From Octopus sinensis (taxonomy: Eukaryota): 64,000 bases of DNA. The stretch lies in contig NW_021833026.1 of the NCBI RefSeq assembly GCF_006345805.1, positions 558,001 through 622,000 of the forward strand. The letters are read 5' to 3'. Under the pieces are notes generated by a model. That model saw only the letters and a list, made by a program, of their open reading frames with translations, searched no databases and had not been told where the DNA came from. Position 1 is the first letter of the stretch. Each line of letters starts with the position of its first letter. The position numbers and the translations under genes were made by a program. Below, in pieces: positions 1 through 12,567 of this stretch.

Positions 1-1156
1 CTGGAAACCGAGGTGGAAAAAGATAGCATGCCAGGACCACTTCAAAATTACCCGGAAAGCTAGAGATATCTTCCTGGAGGAGTTTGCTTTGATCTGCATA
101 AGATAAATGTACGTTTGCGAATTTGTTTCTTTTAGAGTGTGCCTCATTACTACGGGGCTACAAGAGACGAACAGTTGATCAGAGTTGAACTCTGAATCAA
201 CAAAAGATGCGATCTTTATTCCGCTAAGCAGAAGAAACGTGTTTAATGAATAAATATGACCTGCTTTCGGGTGAATTATCATTGATTCATAATGCTACAA
301 TAAATATTGTACCTTTGGGCTAGGATGGTATTGTGAACAATTTTTACAAGCACCATCAGAATACTTTCAGTGTAGGTAATTCAATCAACCCGTATACTGT
401 GATAAGAAAGATTATGCAGGTTAAATACAGAAATGAGTGGATTGACAGGGATGAATGTCAACAAATTGATGTCAATTAAGAAAGACACTTCAAGAGACGA
501 TACTACGAGCACAATGATGTGAAACTAAGAAGTGGACAGAAAGACTCGTAACTCCAAGTATGAGTCGTCGTGATAGGGAAAAGACGGCAAGGATAGTGGC
601 CCAGTACCTCATAAAGTAAAAATGCGAATTGAAAATTCCATTGAAATCTCATAACTTAGCTAACTAGTGTTTTAAATTCTCATTTTAATATAATTTAAGT
701 CTAGAATTGAAAATCAGATGGTCGCATGAAAAAAGTTCAAAATTCATTTAAGAAAATATACTTTATAAGGAGTTGACTCACATGATAAAGGGAATTATGA
801 ATATAATAAAGTAAACTCTGAAAAGCTCACCCAAATATATCCAGGTAAATTTCCACATTGAAATAAAGAAAACTATTATGTAATATCAATCGCCAATAAA
901 CTTAATATTAACAAACAAAAAAAATAGTCAAAAATTCCAACTTTAAAAGCAAAGTCTAAACAACCTACAAAATAGGTAAAAACACGAGACTCAATAATGT
1001 ATATTGAGACCTCGTGCCTACAAATGTAAGATAACATACCTGACTATAAACCTCTCTTGTTCGACAACTCTAGTGATAATTTAATGTAAAATAGCAAATA
1101 GGAATATATTATTCAATTCAAATATATTTTAAAATATCAGAAAATGATAAAAATGT

Positions 1157-1478
1157 TTATGAAGTGATCGCCTTGATCGCATTCTTTTTGGCATCACTTT
1201 TCTGTTTTTTTAGAGTGTTGATCCTTTCCCTCTCAGCACATGCTTCTTCTAGAACTTTGATTTTTGCAGGAAAACGAGCAGGGACGCCTGGATCCTTTGG
1301 CCGTCTGGCTAAAAATATAAAATAAATGAATACATTTTGTTAAACGTTTTTTGTGGTCTCGATTAACTTTTTTTCGATGTTGACGAGCTTTTTTTCGAAT
1401 CATTCTTCCTACTTTATAGGACGAACATTTGTTTTCTACGAATATACAAATTACAATTAACAAACTCAGTTTCCGCAT
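1157..1478 (-). CDS. GNL3/nucleostemin/Nug1-like N-terminal (GN3L_Grn1) domain only, about 90 aa, 2 micro-introns
   Basis: Spliced (30-nt and 25-nt GT-AG introns): MRKLKNKCSSYKVGRMIRKKARQHRKKVNRDHKKRLTKSRRPKDPGVPARFPAKIKVLEEACAERERINTLKKQKSDAKKNAIKAITS*. Matches the GNL3 pattern KKVREHHRK...RKDPGVP. No GTPase motifs follow. Confidence 0.7.
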
Positions 1479-1764
1479 CACAAGACTATATAAAAACGTG
1501 CTCCTATTATTAATTATAAATATTATTAATTTAAAATTAAATTATATTTTTATTGATAAAAATTCCCAAGTTTACTTGAATTTATACTTTCATATATCAC
1601 CATCGGGTCTTTTTCCTTTAGGGCATCTTGATAGCATCAATTTAAAATCATTGATATTGGATCATAACTAATTATATTAATTTTTGTTTAAATCTAAAAA
1701 AATAAATAATAAATTACAGGCAAACAAATTGAAATTTTTTGTCATTGATTTGTTTCTTGTTAGT

Positions 1765-2588
1765 ATGGAGGCAATTCAGGCAGAGTTAGATCAAATAGAA
1801 GAAAAGAAGATCAAAGATACCGCCAATGTTATAACACACATGCAATCTATATTTTATAACATAATCCGAGCTCGGTCTCGCCTCATCAAGAAAATACCCA
1901 ATTTTTGGCACAACGTGGTTGGGTTTCCAGTCTCAAATGGTTTAGTTCCTCAATTTTCCACAAACAAAATCATTATTGACCACTGAAGACAAGGAATTGC
2001 TTCTTCAAATCCAGGAATTCTTCGTTCTCGACTACCCTGATGACACATATTCCATTAAAATGATATTCGCCACTCCAAATCGTTTTTTCACCAACAAATC
2101 CCTGGTCAAAAACGTGGTCCATCAAAACAAGCGTTTTTACATATCCCAAGAGACCATAATCGACTGGAATCCCGGAATGGCAGGTCCTCACCTTGACCTT
2201 TAGAGAGACCTTTACATGAAAAACAGGAATACTCTACTCGGCTGGTTCGAGTCTTCCTCGGATATGGATTATTTGGCTTACAAAATTATTGCCGAGTTGT
2301 GGACGTGTCCGCTTGTTTATTTCCTGGTGTTTTTCCGTGAATTATTGTAGGGTGGAAAATTAAGCCAGGAAGTGATTGATATTCCACAGGAGAATTCCAC
2401 GGATTTCCAGGATCCACTTTTTAACGTTTTTTTGTAGTTTAAGATGACAGGACGAAGACGGAGAGTCCGTGCTTTCAATGGAACTGACGGAGGAGAGGGG
2501 AATCACGTTGATTCCACTGAATGGATTGATGACTGCCTCCATTTTCGAGTTTGAATCACAGCAAAATGGATCCGATAGTTCCTTCTAG
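1765..2588 (+). CDS. NAP family histone chaperone (SET/TSPY-like)
   Basis: RSRLIKKIPNFW, FFTNKSLVK, TIIDWNPG and ELWTCPL motifs after removing micro-introns; 3' end approximate. Confidence 0.8.
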
Positions 2589-2831
2589 TTTACAATTTTG
2601 TTTTTTTGGTTTCTTGAAATGAGTTATTTTTTGAAAGATAAATTTGATGTTTTATTTCTGTTTTTGTGGAATCAGGGGATATTTCTGAGTAGACCCGCCC
2701 TATTATGATTTTGGTCTGAGGGTTGGTAAATTACAGTTGCCAAATTGTTGGCTTTATTTATAGATTTTGCCTTATGTTTACTCTTTTGAGGTTGATTTTC
2801 CGGTAAAATAATTAATTTAAAAACAATGTTT

Positions 2832-3110
2832 TCATAAATGAAAAAACAACTTGTATGCAGTTAGCAAAATTATGAAATAAATTCCGAGTTTAATTAGCCA
2901 AGAGAGTTGTAAAAGTCTTAGTTCGGACTATTTTCATGACTAGACAAGCAAACCTTAATATCAGTCAAGTTTGTCACAACACGTGCAATACTTCTGAGTA
3001 GTCTGAATATAAAATATCTATGTCCTCCAGTTAGTCTATAATAGACACTCCAGAACTCACTCTACTTCGATTAGGTCTGTCAAATCGTTCAGGAGCGAGG
3101 CCACTTGTTC
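2832..3110 (-). CDS. Candidate small spliced tail-anchored protein (possibly SNARE-like); 5' end not resolved
   Basis: Frame stays open across two GT-AG introns (3036-3060, 25 nt; 2928-2953, 26 nt): IEQVASLLNDLTDLIEVELTGGHRYFIFRLLRSIARVVTNLTDIKSELRLLQLSWLIKLGIYFIILLTAYKLFFHL*, ending in a hydrophobic segment. Confidence 0.3.
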
Positions 3111-3869
3111 AATGCTAAATTATTAATTTTTTCATAATGGAAATAGTTGTTTTAAATAATTACAAGTCGATTGGTTAATGGAAATGCTCAAGTACTTAAT
3201 TGACATTAATTCATTATTACATGTTATTACCTAGTTATGTCATTTGAGTCCACTTGATGATTTTTTTTCTAAAATTTTTTTTATTATACAGAATACTATT
3301 TTTTTATTTGGAATCATACGGAATGTTGTAACCTTGTTTTTAAATAACATATTCCGGGCATTTATAGCAATTATTGTACGGCATAACATTTGGTCGATGT
3401 GCTAAAAATAAAAATTAACATTCTTTTATTGACAAATTAATTAATCTTTAATTTGTAAATTCGATTTTTTCCCAAAATATATTTCAATGTAAACTATTAA
3501 ATTTTATAATTACCGTCGAGACCATTTCAAATATCCTATTCGTTTGACTGCATTAAAATTCGATTCAGATTTAAAAAGTGAAAATTTCGAAATACTTCAC
3601 CTCTGAACTGGAAAATTCAATATTAACTGTTTGAAAGTGTAATTTCATCAAGTTGAAATTAACCTAAACACTTCCTAGTAATTAAGGACATGCTGAAGAG
3701 TGCCAATTAAACTTATTTATAATAACAACATTTATCCCAAAACACCCATAAAGTACCCGAAAATTCTTAAAAATCAAAAAAAATAAACAAAATTGTCTTA
3801 AATTGAATAAAAATATAAGTCATGGTACAAAAAAAACTTCCAGGTAAAAAATGTTTTACAAAATGATAA

Positions 3870-4856
3870 TCACAACTTGGGCCTTCTCTTAGCGGACAAC
3901 TGATAGAAAAAATCTCTGACATCCTCATCAGTGACAGCCTCCCCCGTCTCGACAAAATGTGAGGCAAATTGATTGAACTCATCGACCATATCTCTGACTC
4001 CCTGGGCCAAAAGAGACTGCTGATAAAAGCTCATTCCACTATTCCACTCCACTTTGTCCTCATCCTTTATTTCAGAGCCACAATCCTCCGGATCTATCAA
4101 AAACTCGACTCCTTCCCGTCGATACATGTCCCTACATTCCTCACACCTACACAGACGACTCCTCCACTCACTCTCGAACACAATCAGTCCACTCCCTTCC
4201 ATCACCCCACTCTTGAGGGGACATGACACATTGGTCGAAGAAGACCCATAAAAATACAAAAACATGTGTTTTCCAGCACAGAAATGACACACCAATTCCT
4301 CGTCGTTGGTGAACTCCGAGTGTGTGATTCCTTCCAAATGCTGCCATATCAGTCACTGAGTGTACCTCTGGATGGAACCAGTCCTCACATATCACGCATT
4401 GGACTACTAATCCATCTTCCGGGTCGAATGGACATTTACACGTACAATATAATCCATCGAAATTACTCCCATAAACATTACTCTCATTCCTGTCCTTTCC
4501 CTGTGGATATAACTATATATACTTACCGGGCACAGTCTGCAGGGAGTGGAGGATAATTTAGAGTTTCCGCAGTCACATTTGAAATTCCGTTTTGTGTAAA
4601 GTTCGTGCATTTCGTGGCCTTCGTGGCAGTGGTACGAACAGGCGAGACATATTCCGGCCGGTTCGGAGCCTCGGCAGGTTACACAGGAATAGAGTGGTTG
4701 ACGGACTATCGATGGCTGTAAGATTAGTTGATTGTATAATACATATGTGCAGGTTTTATCATCACAATTTCCAAATAAAGCTTTTATTTGCCGTTCTTGT
4801 TCTTCCTCTGACTTTATAACGTCTATTAAGTTGACAATATCCCCATCGTCACACAT
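3870..4856 (-). CDS. UBR7: UBR7 E3 ligase (UBR box + PHD-like)
   Basis: RQPLYSCVTC...GICLACSYHCHEGHEMHELYTKRNFKCDCGNSK, YCTCKCPF, QCVICEDWFH, and RLCRCEECRDMY..VEFLIDPED. Confidence 0.92.
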
Positions 4857-5048
4857 GACTCCAAAAATAATTCAAATTTATTTATTATTAATTAAATTAA
4901 TCTTTAGTGATAATTTTGCTAAAAAACTCTCAGAAAATTTTTAATAAAAATCTTTCAAATTAAATTCTACTTTTTCATAACTGCTTGTAAAAATTATTAA
5001 ATTAATTTAATAAAACAAAAAGTATTAGTTTAATATTAGTTGATTAAT

Positions 5049-6000
5049 TTAATTAGGTCTTAATATTTTGTTAGTTTGACCGTAGTTTGGAAGAGTGGCT
5101 TCCTGCTCGGAGGCAAACTCATAGAAACCTACAAATTAAGTGCCCACTCACCCCTCGAGTCCTCCTTTAACAACAACGATATGTTTTTGCTGTTTTTTTT
5201 CTCTCTCAACTTTAAACAGGCAATTTTTGGATTCACTTTTTTATCTGCCACTCAATCAACAAAAACAAACCTCGGACTTGCTTTTCCAATGTTTTGATCA
5301 GTACAGCTGCCTCCTTTAAAATATTCAATTTGCTCTGCATCATTGATTTCCCCCCAAAAATAGAACAGACCCGTCCAAGCTCTTTAAAAGACATGTTGAT
5401 GTCGTGGACTCGCATTCTGGAGTAACTCCAAAACACACCTTTCGCGACTGTTGTTGGCATATCGTCGATATTTCTCTTTGCACATTTTGGTTGATCTGTT
5501 CATTTATACACCACACTACTCTATCTGATCCATGTTCCCAGAATCGACCATCAAAGGGTCTCCCATTCCCGGGTAGGTCGGCGGTCCTAAGAAATACCTC
5601 AAAAACCTCCACCGTAATGCTCCATCTCCCCCCCGGCCATGTACTGCCAATAATCACCACCCAGTTACATCATAGTACTGATCTCCGTAGAAGCCCATCG
5701 AAGGATAGGACTCCCCGTAGCTTGGCTGGTATGCAGGCTCTTCGGGGACCTTTTAGATGTTACACGTGGATTACATGAAGGTAGTCTTCCTTTGACGGTG
5801 GGAGATAGGTGTGAGAATTATTGAAGGAGTCCTACCGTATGGAATAGAGCATACATAATTATTATTGTAGGTGAATTGGTTGGAATAGTATCTGTAGTAC
5901 TCGGATGTTTTGTCATCTTAATCTAATGTCTAATTCCTAGGGGCATCGTACAGTTCACTTCCTCTTCTGGGTAGAGGTTGCTGAACTGTGGATAGTCCAT
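5049..6000 (-). CDS. Class I bHLH E-protein (daughterless/TCF3-4-12 family)
   Basis: Spliced bHLH [27 protein letters not shown]...QSKLNILKEAAVLIKTLEKQVRDKKVNPKIACLK, matching [26 protein letters not shown]...QQVRERNLNPKAACLK. Start codon inferred. Confidence 0.88.
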
Positions 6001-6200
6001 TTACCAATTTATTAATGATCGCTATTTATGCACATTTAACAGCTGCTGCCTCTTCTGCTAACATCGATTCCAAATAATGATCATCTCAATTAGACCTAAT
6101 TCAGAATACTTTGTTTCTGTCTAATGCAAAAATTATAATTATTTTACCACACTGACTTAATTTGTCTTAAAAAATATTATATAATAGACATTCTTCTGGC

Positions 6201-6431
6201 ATGCCTCGTCGCCTTCCGGTAAAAAAGTGGTTGACACTTGAGGATCTATTTGATTACGCCCAAAATCAATCACCGAAAATATCCAAATTACTCCAAATGG
6301 ATCCCAACGTATTCCTCGAATGCTCGGTTGATGTTTAATTCATTTATACCAAGAAGTGCGGAAAAGTCATCGAATCGTTTTATAGCCTGAGGTATCATGA
6401 GTGTATTGAAAGTCCACTTGGAAATTATTAA
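6201..6431 (+). CDS. Small hypothetical protein with a C-x2-C-x12-H-x-C zinc-finger-like motif
   Basis: Removing a 27-nt GT-AG intron (6327-6353) gives MPRRLPVKKWLTLEDLFDYAQNQSPKISKLLQMDPNVFLECSKCGKVIESFYSLRYHECIESPLGNY*. Confidence 0.45.
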
Positions 6432-6902
6432 TCTAACTATTAATTATTGATATTAATTAATAAAAAACTATTTTTTAATAACAACGATTCTCTACTGCTT
6501 TTTCTGAAATATGTTGTTCGTCGTTTTCAATTATGGAGACCTGCTTAATGTGCTAGTTTCGTTACGGCAATAAATGTGCTTGTCTTTTTAAAAATGTAGA
6601 GACCGCCCAAAAAGTGGCTTTTTCTAGGAATTTAGTTTTGTTGTGTATTTTTTGATATAGAAATGATGTTATTTTATCTTCAACTTTTTGAAAAAGGTTT
6701 TTTCACTTACCGTCCTGAACGTATTCAAATTGCGGAAATTTGAATTTTTCAATAAAGAAAAGACTCTGGGAACAGAGCAAAATCTTTGTTTCCTCTCATG
6801 GGAAAAAACATATTCCGGAGTCACTGCGGAGAAATTCCCTAAAGTTCCGCTATTGGGTAAACAGATATATTTTGTGGTATAATAAAACTCGACAGTGATT
6901 AC

Positions 6903-7730
6903 TCATTTACGACATAAATAAAAATCTTGAAGGACTTGTTTGGCGACATTCTCAGAGATTGCAGTAATTACTTTACGTATGTCCGACTCCTCATTCAAAC
7001 AATCGGCCGCAGATGCCACAATCTCCCGAAGGGTCCTTTCGACAAATTCCGTCGCCTTCACTGAATTAGGAAAAGCCTCGCTTTGATGTTTTCTCTAATT
7101 GAAAATCAGACTATAAAGATACAAGGTCAGCCAGAATGTCCATAACAGTCTTGAATGCTTCCCTAAGATTGTTGAGAGCGTTGGAATGATCTCGGGACAG
7201 ACACGCTTCCCCATTTTTACTACAAAAAGAAAGAATTGACTAACGTAATCTCCGATTTTATCCTTTGGAGTGTGGATCTGTATTTTGTAGGACTCATCTC
7301 GAAGATTTCACTGATCAAAAATGAGGACCAACCTCTGTCTGTGATTCCGGTGATTGAACAAAGACTTTTTCTTAGTTTCAGCTGCTGAAGCCAATCTCTC
7401 TGACCCATATGTGTTGTGGCGAAGAGAAGCCAAAGACTTTGCAATGGAATGACTGGCTGGTTGTTTTTTAAGAATACTTGTTGTCGTTTGTTGAAGAAAG
7501 AGACTCGTTACTTTTGAGGTTAGTGTGGTGCTGATTGTACGAGAACGGAATAGTTGTTTGCGGTTTGTCAATGTTGTAGAAAGTGAAACGACTCGAGTGA
7601 CTTTTTGCTTTTTTGTCAGTGATGAAATCTGATTTTCTAGTTAATATAATTTAATTTTTGATTTTAAAGACTGTAAATCTGTTTACTTTAGTTCTGAAGG
7701 TTCTGTAGGTTTTTCCCAATGTCGTCTCAT
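6903..7730 (-). CDS. Hypothetical spliced protein, Ser/Thr-rich N-part and helical C-part
   Basis: Coding-like composition, open segments (7308-7571; 6903-7200) separated by micro-intron-like GT-AG pieces; no family recognised; limits approximate. Confidence 0.35.
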
Positions 7731-8549
7731 TTTCTCAGTTTTTTCACACTTGCATGAGTGCTCTAAAAATATTAGCTCCGATAAAAATGAATTTAAATAT
7801 TTATTACCAGCATTAGCCACATTAAAATTGACTTTGTTTTTAGAATTCCTAGTCTATAATAAATATAATTATTTATACTTTGTAGTCCTCATTCACATAT
7901 AATTTATTCTATATATAAATTATTTTAAGTATTACACTGTGTTTCCACGGACGCATTTTGAACTGTCGATCGGCATGGGTTAATATAGCAATCAATAATT
8001 GATTTCCTCCATCGCGGATTCGAATGCAATATGTTGCCAAATATTCTTTAATCGCTAAATAACATAATTTTCACCATCATAAACATATTTATGAATACTT
8101 TAAACAATTTTTTTACTTCAATACATATATTTTTTGCATAGTTAAAACGATTTTAACAATAAATTTGCATTTTCAGAAATCAATTTAATTTCCCAGATGC
8201 CGACAACTACGTTGTCGATTTCTGTTTTGATTGCCCACTAGCCTTTTTGATATATTGGTAGCCTGAGGACTAAATTCATTTGTTAAAATAATCTTCCTTG
8301 TCTCTGTTTGATTTAATGGAAGATTTTTATTTATGAATTAATCAAGAAGGGAAGGTTTTCTAAATAATGTCTTCTGACTCAATTGTTCTAACTCATCTGT
8401 TTTTAAGTCTTTTTGGAAATCTGTAAATACCATGGGAAGGCCAGGTTTTTAAAAAAACGACTAGAGATTCCATTTAAAGTAAATATTAATAACAAAAATC
8501 AAACAAATACATAAAATAAACAGAAAAAACTTTGTGTTTGAATATTATT

Positions 8550-9154
8550 TTAATCGGTATACGCAGCAATGTTGTTCGTAAAAAACCAGCGATGTTGATA
8601 TTTTATAAAGTTTTGTCTCGTAAATTTTTTAATGGCCCAATACCCAAAAATAATTCGTCCCAGAATAAAAATAGTTTCAATAAGATGTATTCCCAATTCA
8701 TGTGGGCTTTTATCCCTTTCCAAAACAGCTTCGTATAGAATATATCCAATGAAGGGAGTCTCAATAAAAACTGTAAGAACCCACCCCGATGTCAGTTCAA
8801 TAAGCTAAAAATAATAAAAAGAAAAACTTTGTCTCCTAAATTCCCATCCATTAGAAGGTATAGAGAAATTGGTTGAATAAGTGAGACACTAATTAGTCCT
8901 CCAAGAAATATACTGTCAGAATAAAACTGTTGTTATATATTGTAACATTACTTTTAAGGATAGTGATATTATCCATCCTAATGTCCAGATACAGTAGTAA
9001 ATTGTGTTGTAGAAAATACATATTTGTAATGGTAGACTTGCCTGACATCTATCAACTTTAATCTTAATAAAATATTTTAATAACCAAAGACGTCGGAGTA
9101 TTTGTCTATCTTTTTATACTTTTTTTCAGAATTAAAATTTATGCTTTTATACAT
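8550..9154 (-). CDS. TMEM17: TMEM17-like ciliary transition-zone membrane protein (Transmemb_17 family)
   Basis: Spliced: ASLPLQICIFYNTIYYCIWTLGWIISLSLK...QPISLYLLMDGNLGDKLIELTSGWVLTVFIETPFIGYILY...HELGIHLIETIFILGRIIFGYWAIKKF; parallels SSLALQMSLYFNTYY...RLYLGYVGNLQEKVPELAGFW. Not in the ORF track. Confidence 0.75.
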
Positions 9155-10367
9155 TTACGATTTGTATTCCGCTATGGTTACTATTTTTATTAATTTTGTA
9201 ATTTTATATTTATACATCATTAAACAAGTATAAAATAAATTTAAAATTCTAAACATAGGATTCCCTATAACACCAGTCCAAAACTTTCTCAGACGGACAA
9301 TTACAAACAAACCACCCAACACGGTTTCCTGACCTTGATTCAGATAAAACGGCTAAAAAGGACGAACGAGGTTTTATATGTTTCTGCAAGGAGTAGGAAA
9401 CCCACTCAGAGAAAGAGTGAACTAAACAGAGAAATTCAGGTTCGTCATAAAAAGTGCACTACAATTAAATAAAGCCACAAAAATGCATTATTTCTGTTGG
9501 TTGCCGATGGCACAACGAAAGCTGTCTATAGAGTTCAATATCTGCATCGTTGCTTTTACAATCCAAACCGTCAGCAGAAAATTTCCGTATGTTTAATAAA
9601 ATACTGGCATTATTTAACAGACATTCTACTTTCTTTTATTCAATAGTGCTGTTTGTTTCAAGTTATCAATCTAAACAAGCTTCGAAATGATTTGAGTCAA
9701 TGTATTTTTAGATTTAATATTCATTTCTATATTTAATTTCGAAAAGATTCCACATGTGATGGCATGATATTCTTATGGGTTATGATTGGTACAAAGCTCT
9801 AAAGTGCTGTCGAAAAATGATTCCTCTCACAGTTTAAAGCCTTGGAAAATGGTGTTCGGTTTCTAGATAAATCGGATATAAATATTCTGATCTCAGTTTG
9901 GCCAATGACTGCAAGTTTTTAGTTATTTACTTCTTTTTTTGTTTTAGGGATGCCAACCCAATTATTTTGCATATTTGAAAATCCCAAAGAATATTAAAAT
10001 TGAATATTGAGTGCCAATTCTGTGGTTTATGACAGTCTACGTGCCACGAAAATGGATATATCTTTTCTTTGATAGACGATATAATCGATCTGATTATATA
10101 TCTCGGAATCCAAAGGTGGGGAACCCGTCTAACCTGTTACATGGGTCACACAGCATAAAGGCAAGGAATCATTAAAATATCTTGTACGATGAAGATCAGC
10201 TGTCTAGATTTCCCACTTTGTCATTTGACTACAAAATTACCATTAGGCTAGAGAATCAGATTAAAAAAATTAATTAGTTTTTTTTAATTTAAATTTCTTA
10301 ATTTTTTAATATCTATAATATAATACATATATTTAAAATTAAACGGGATAGGTTTTATGTTGGCATA

Positions 10368-12035
10368 ATGGAAATTAACCAATACAGTTTGTTCTTTAAA
10401 TAAAACAGTTCAGATATCGAGGAACACAAGCAGTACATCAAAGATTGTATTAGTCTGGCCGATTTTGTATCAATTGACCAGGAATTTTCAGGTTTTTAAA
10501 CCACCAAACAATTCCAGGACTTCCCCAAATTTTTACCAGCCGTGTTTCGTCTCTTACAGAAGGCTTTGAAAAATACTGGCGAGCTCGAAAGGTAAATATA
10601 AACATATTTTTCATTTCCAGGATATAAGAAATCTCTCCGTGATTCAGTTTGGTCTTTCCACGTTCAAATATTCCGATAACAGGTAATATTAATCAAAATA
10701 AGTTATCAAGATGGCTGGTTCGATGTTTTCTCTTTTATCTCCTTCCTTCACAATCAACCCGTTCTAATCTGACATTCACAGTTAGTCCCATGAATATAAA
10801 TTTGTATTAGTTGCCCACCGCTCTGTTTTTGTCTAATAATTGCTTTGATTTCAATCGTTTGATCAGCAATGGTTTGTTTGATTATTTACTTCCTAGGCAT
10901 TTCCTACATGAACAGATCACAGGAATTAGAATTGGAGAATCACGGAAATGGATTGTCCAACGGGGTGGTTATTTCCTCGTTTTCCTCAATCATCCGACAT
11001 CTCTGTGATTCAGTTTTCACTAATTTGTCGTATTTTTAGAAGAAGCAAATAATTGGGCATAATTTATTCATCGATATACTTTTCTTTGTCGACAAATTTA
11101 TTGATTACCTCCCAAAAGTTTGTTTATTGATTTGATTAATGTAGAATTTCCCCTTGTTCGTCAAGACAGTCCATTCGCTCTTTAATAAGTACAGCTATTT
11201 GTTTATATATAGTTTATTTGACACGAAAGTGATTGCTGCTGCCTCCAATCTCGTGGTTTGTTGAAATGTTTAATTTTTCAGTTTCATGACACTTCTTTGC
11301 AGACAGTCTATCTCACGCTCAAAGAGAACGTGGCGTTTCCCGATTTCGGTATAAGGAGTATAAGGGAGTAGTTAGATGTGATGGATGGGGCGGACATTCA
11401 GTCAATCTGCACGTTTCATAATGCTATGTACGACTCCCTCATTTCGGGATTAGTTTTTATTGCATTACGAAATCATTTCGGAGCAATGAGTTTGGATTCA
11501 TTTCGTGAAAACTTCAATCATAGGTGAGCTTGGTTGTAGAAGGGAGTAGTGTCTTTATGTCGAGCAATGGACCCGATTCTGTACTGAGACTTAAAATTTC
11601 TAAAACAAGTTTGTGTTAGTGTTGTTATATCAGACATACCTCCCTCAGTAAAGTCGAATGTCCTGGTTATTTCTACCTCAGAACATCTTACTAATGATCA
11701 GCTTCTAAAAATATTTGCCAATTACAGTTAGAGGGATTTAACATTGGTAGGCCCCATAAACACGTATTGGGATGAGGATTGTGGACTTGTTTTTGTGAGA
11801 CTGTCTGGCACGAATATTAATTTAAAGATTGGTTTGGTTGTGGTTTGCTATTTTAGTACTTAATTCCGTGAATTTGGGGAGTCACGTGGTGGCGATTCCC
11901 TATTACAAGTACAGGGCTATTTGGAGAAGGAATGTTCCCTACGAAGATGAGAGTACATCAGAATTTATTCGACGGTCCATCAAAGAACATCAAACTTATA
12001 AGGACGATGATTTTCGGAATAAAACTATTCCTTAA
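10368..12035 (+). CDS. PARN: PARN-like CAF1/DEDDh deadenylase (R3H domain absent)
   Basis: ADFVSIDQEFSG, IQFGLSTFKY, FDFNRLISNGISY, IIGHNLFID, FDTKVIA, HNAMYDSLISG, then an RRM-like segment; many micro-introns. PNLDC1 not excluded. Confidence 0.8.
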
Positions 12036-12567
12036 TTTATTGATAGGAATTTTTAATGAATCTAAAAACCAATGGTTTTACTAGTAATTTTTATGAGCGA
12101 ACCAGTTTCCTGATACTGTAGCTTTTAAGAAATTAATGCGTGTGGTTTTGAGCTAAAGTGCTTAAAATAATTGTAAATGTTATTGTCATTACACGCTATT
12201 ATGTTGTAGAAAAATGCAGAGGAATCATGTCGATCGTCGAATTCAATTTAAAAGTTCTGAATATGTGTGTTAAACAAAGTTATTCAAATTTATTCAATAT
12301 TAATGAATGCTTGATTAGACATGAACTAGCAAAACCTAAAAACAAACAAAGAAATCATGCAAACAATATTGGAGAAAATAAAGAGGCTGTTCAATTAACA
12401 AAACATTTCGTTAACTTTTTTTAAACAAGGTAAACCTTCCATTCTTCCATGTCTGAGTATCTGCGCTTTTTCTACTCCAACAAACAGTTGATTGAAACTA
12501 AAAAATTTATGTAAATGATTGGAAATGAAGACATTGTATTGGATTTAGAAATCTAAGTTATGTCTAT

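Noticed and set aside
1-600. Retroelement or gene fragment at the window start
   Set aside because: Multiple stops in all frames checked and no recognisable motif.
3969-4819. Plus-strand ORFs over UBR7 (and similar antisense ORFs over RBBP4, DP, CHMP7, RT regions)
   Set aside because: Shadows of real genes on the opposite strand, with no independent motifs.
9260-9700. Gene between TMEM17 and PARN
   Set aside because: Open stretches exist on the minus strand but no family match or consistent splice model could be supported.
9730-10250. Non-standard genetic code suggested by in-frame TAA/TAG in coding-like DNA
   Set aside because: Conserved genes end in TAA, TAG and TGA, and micro-introns explain internal stops elsewhere; I could not build a credible gene model here.
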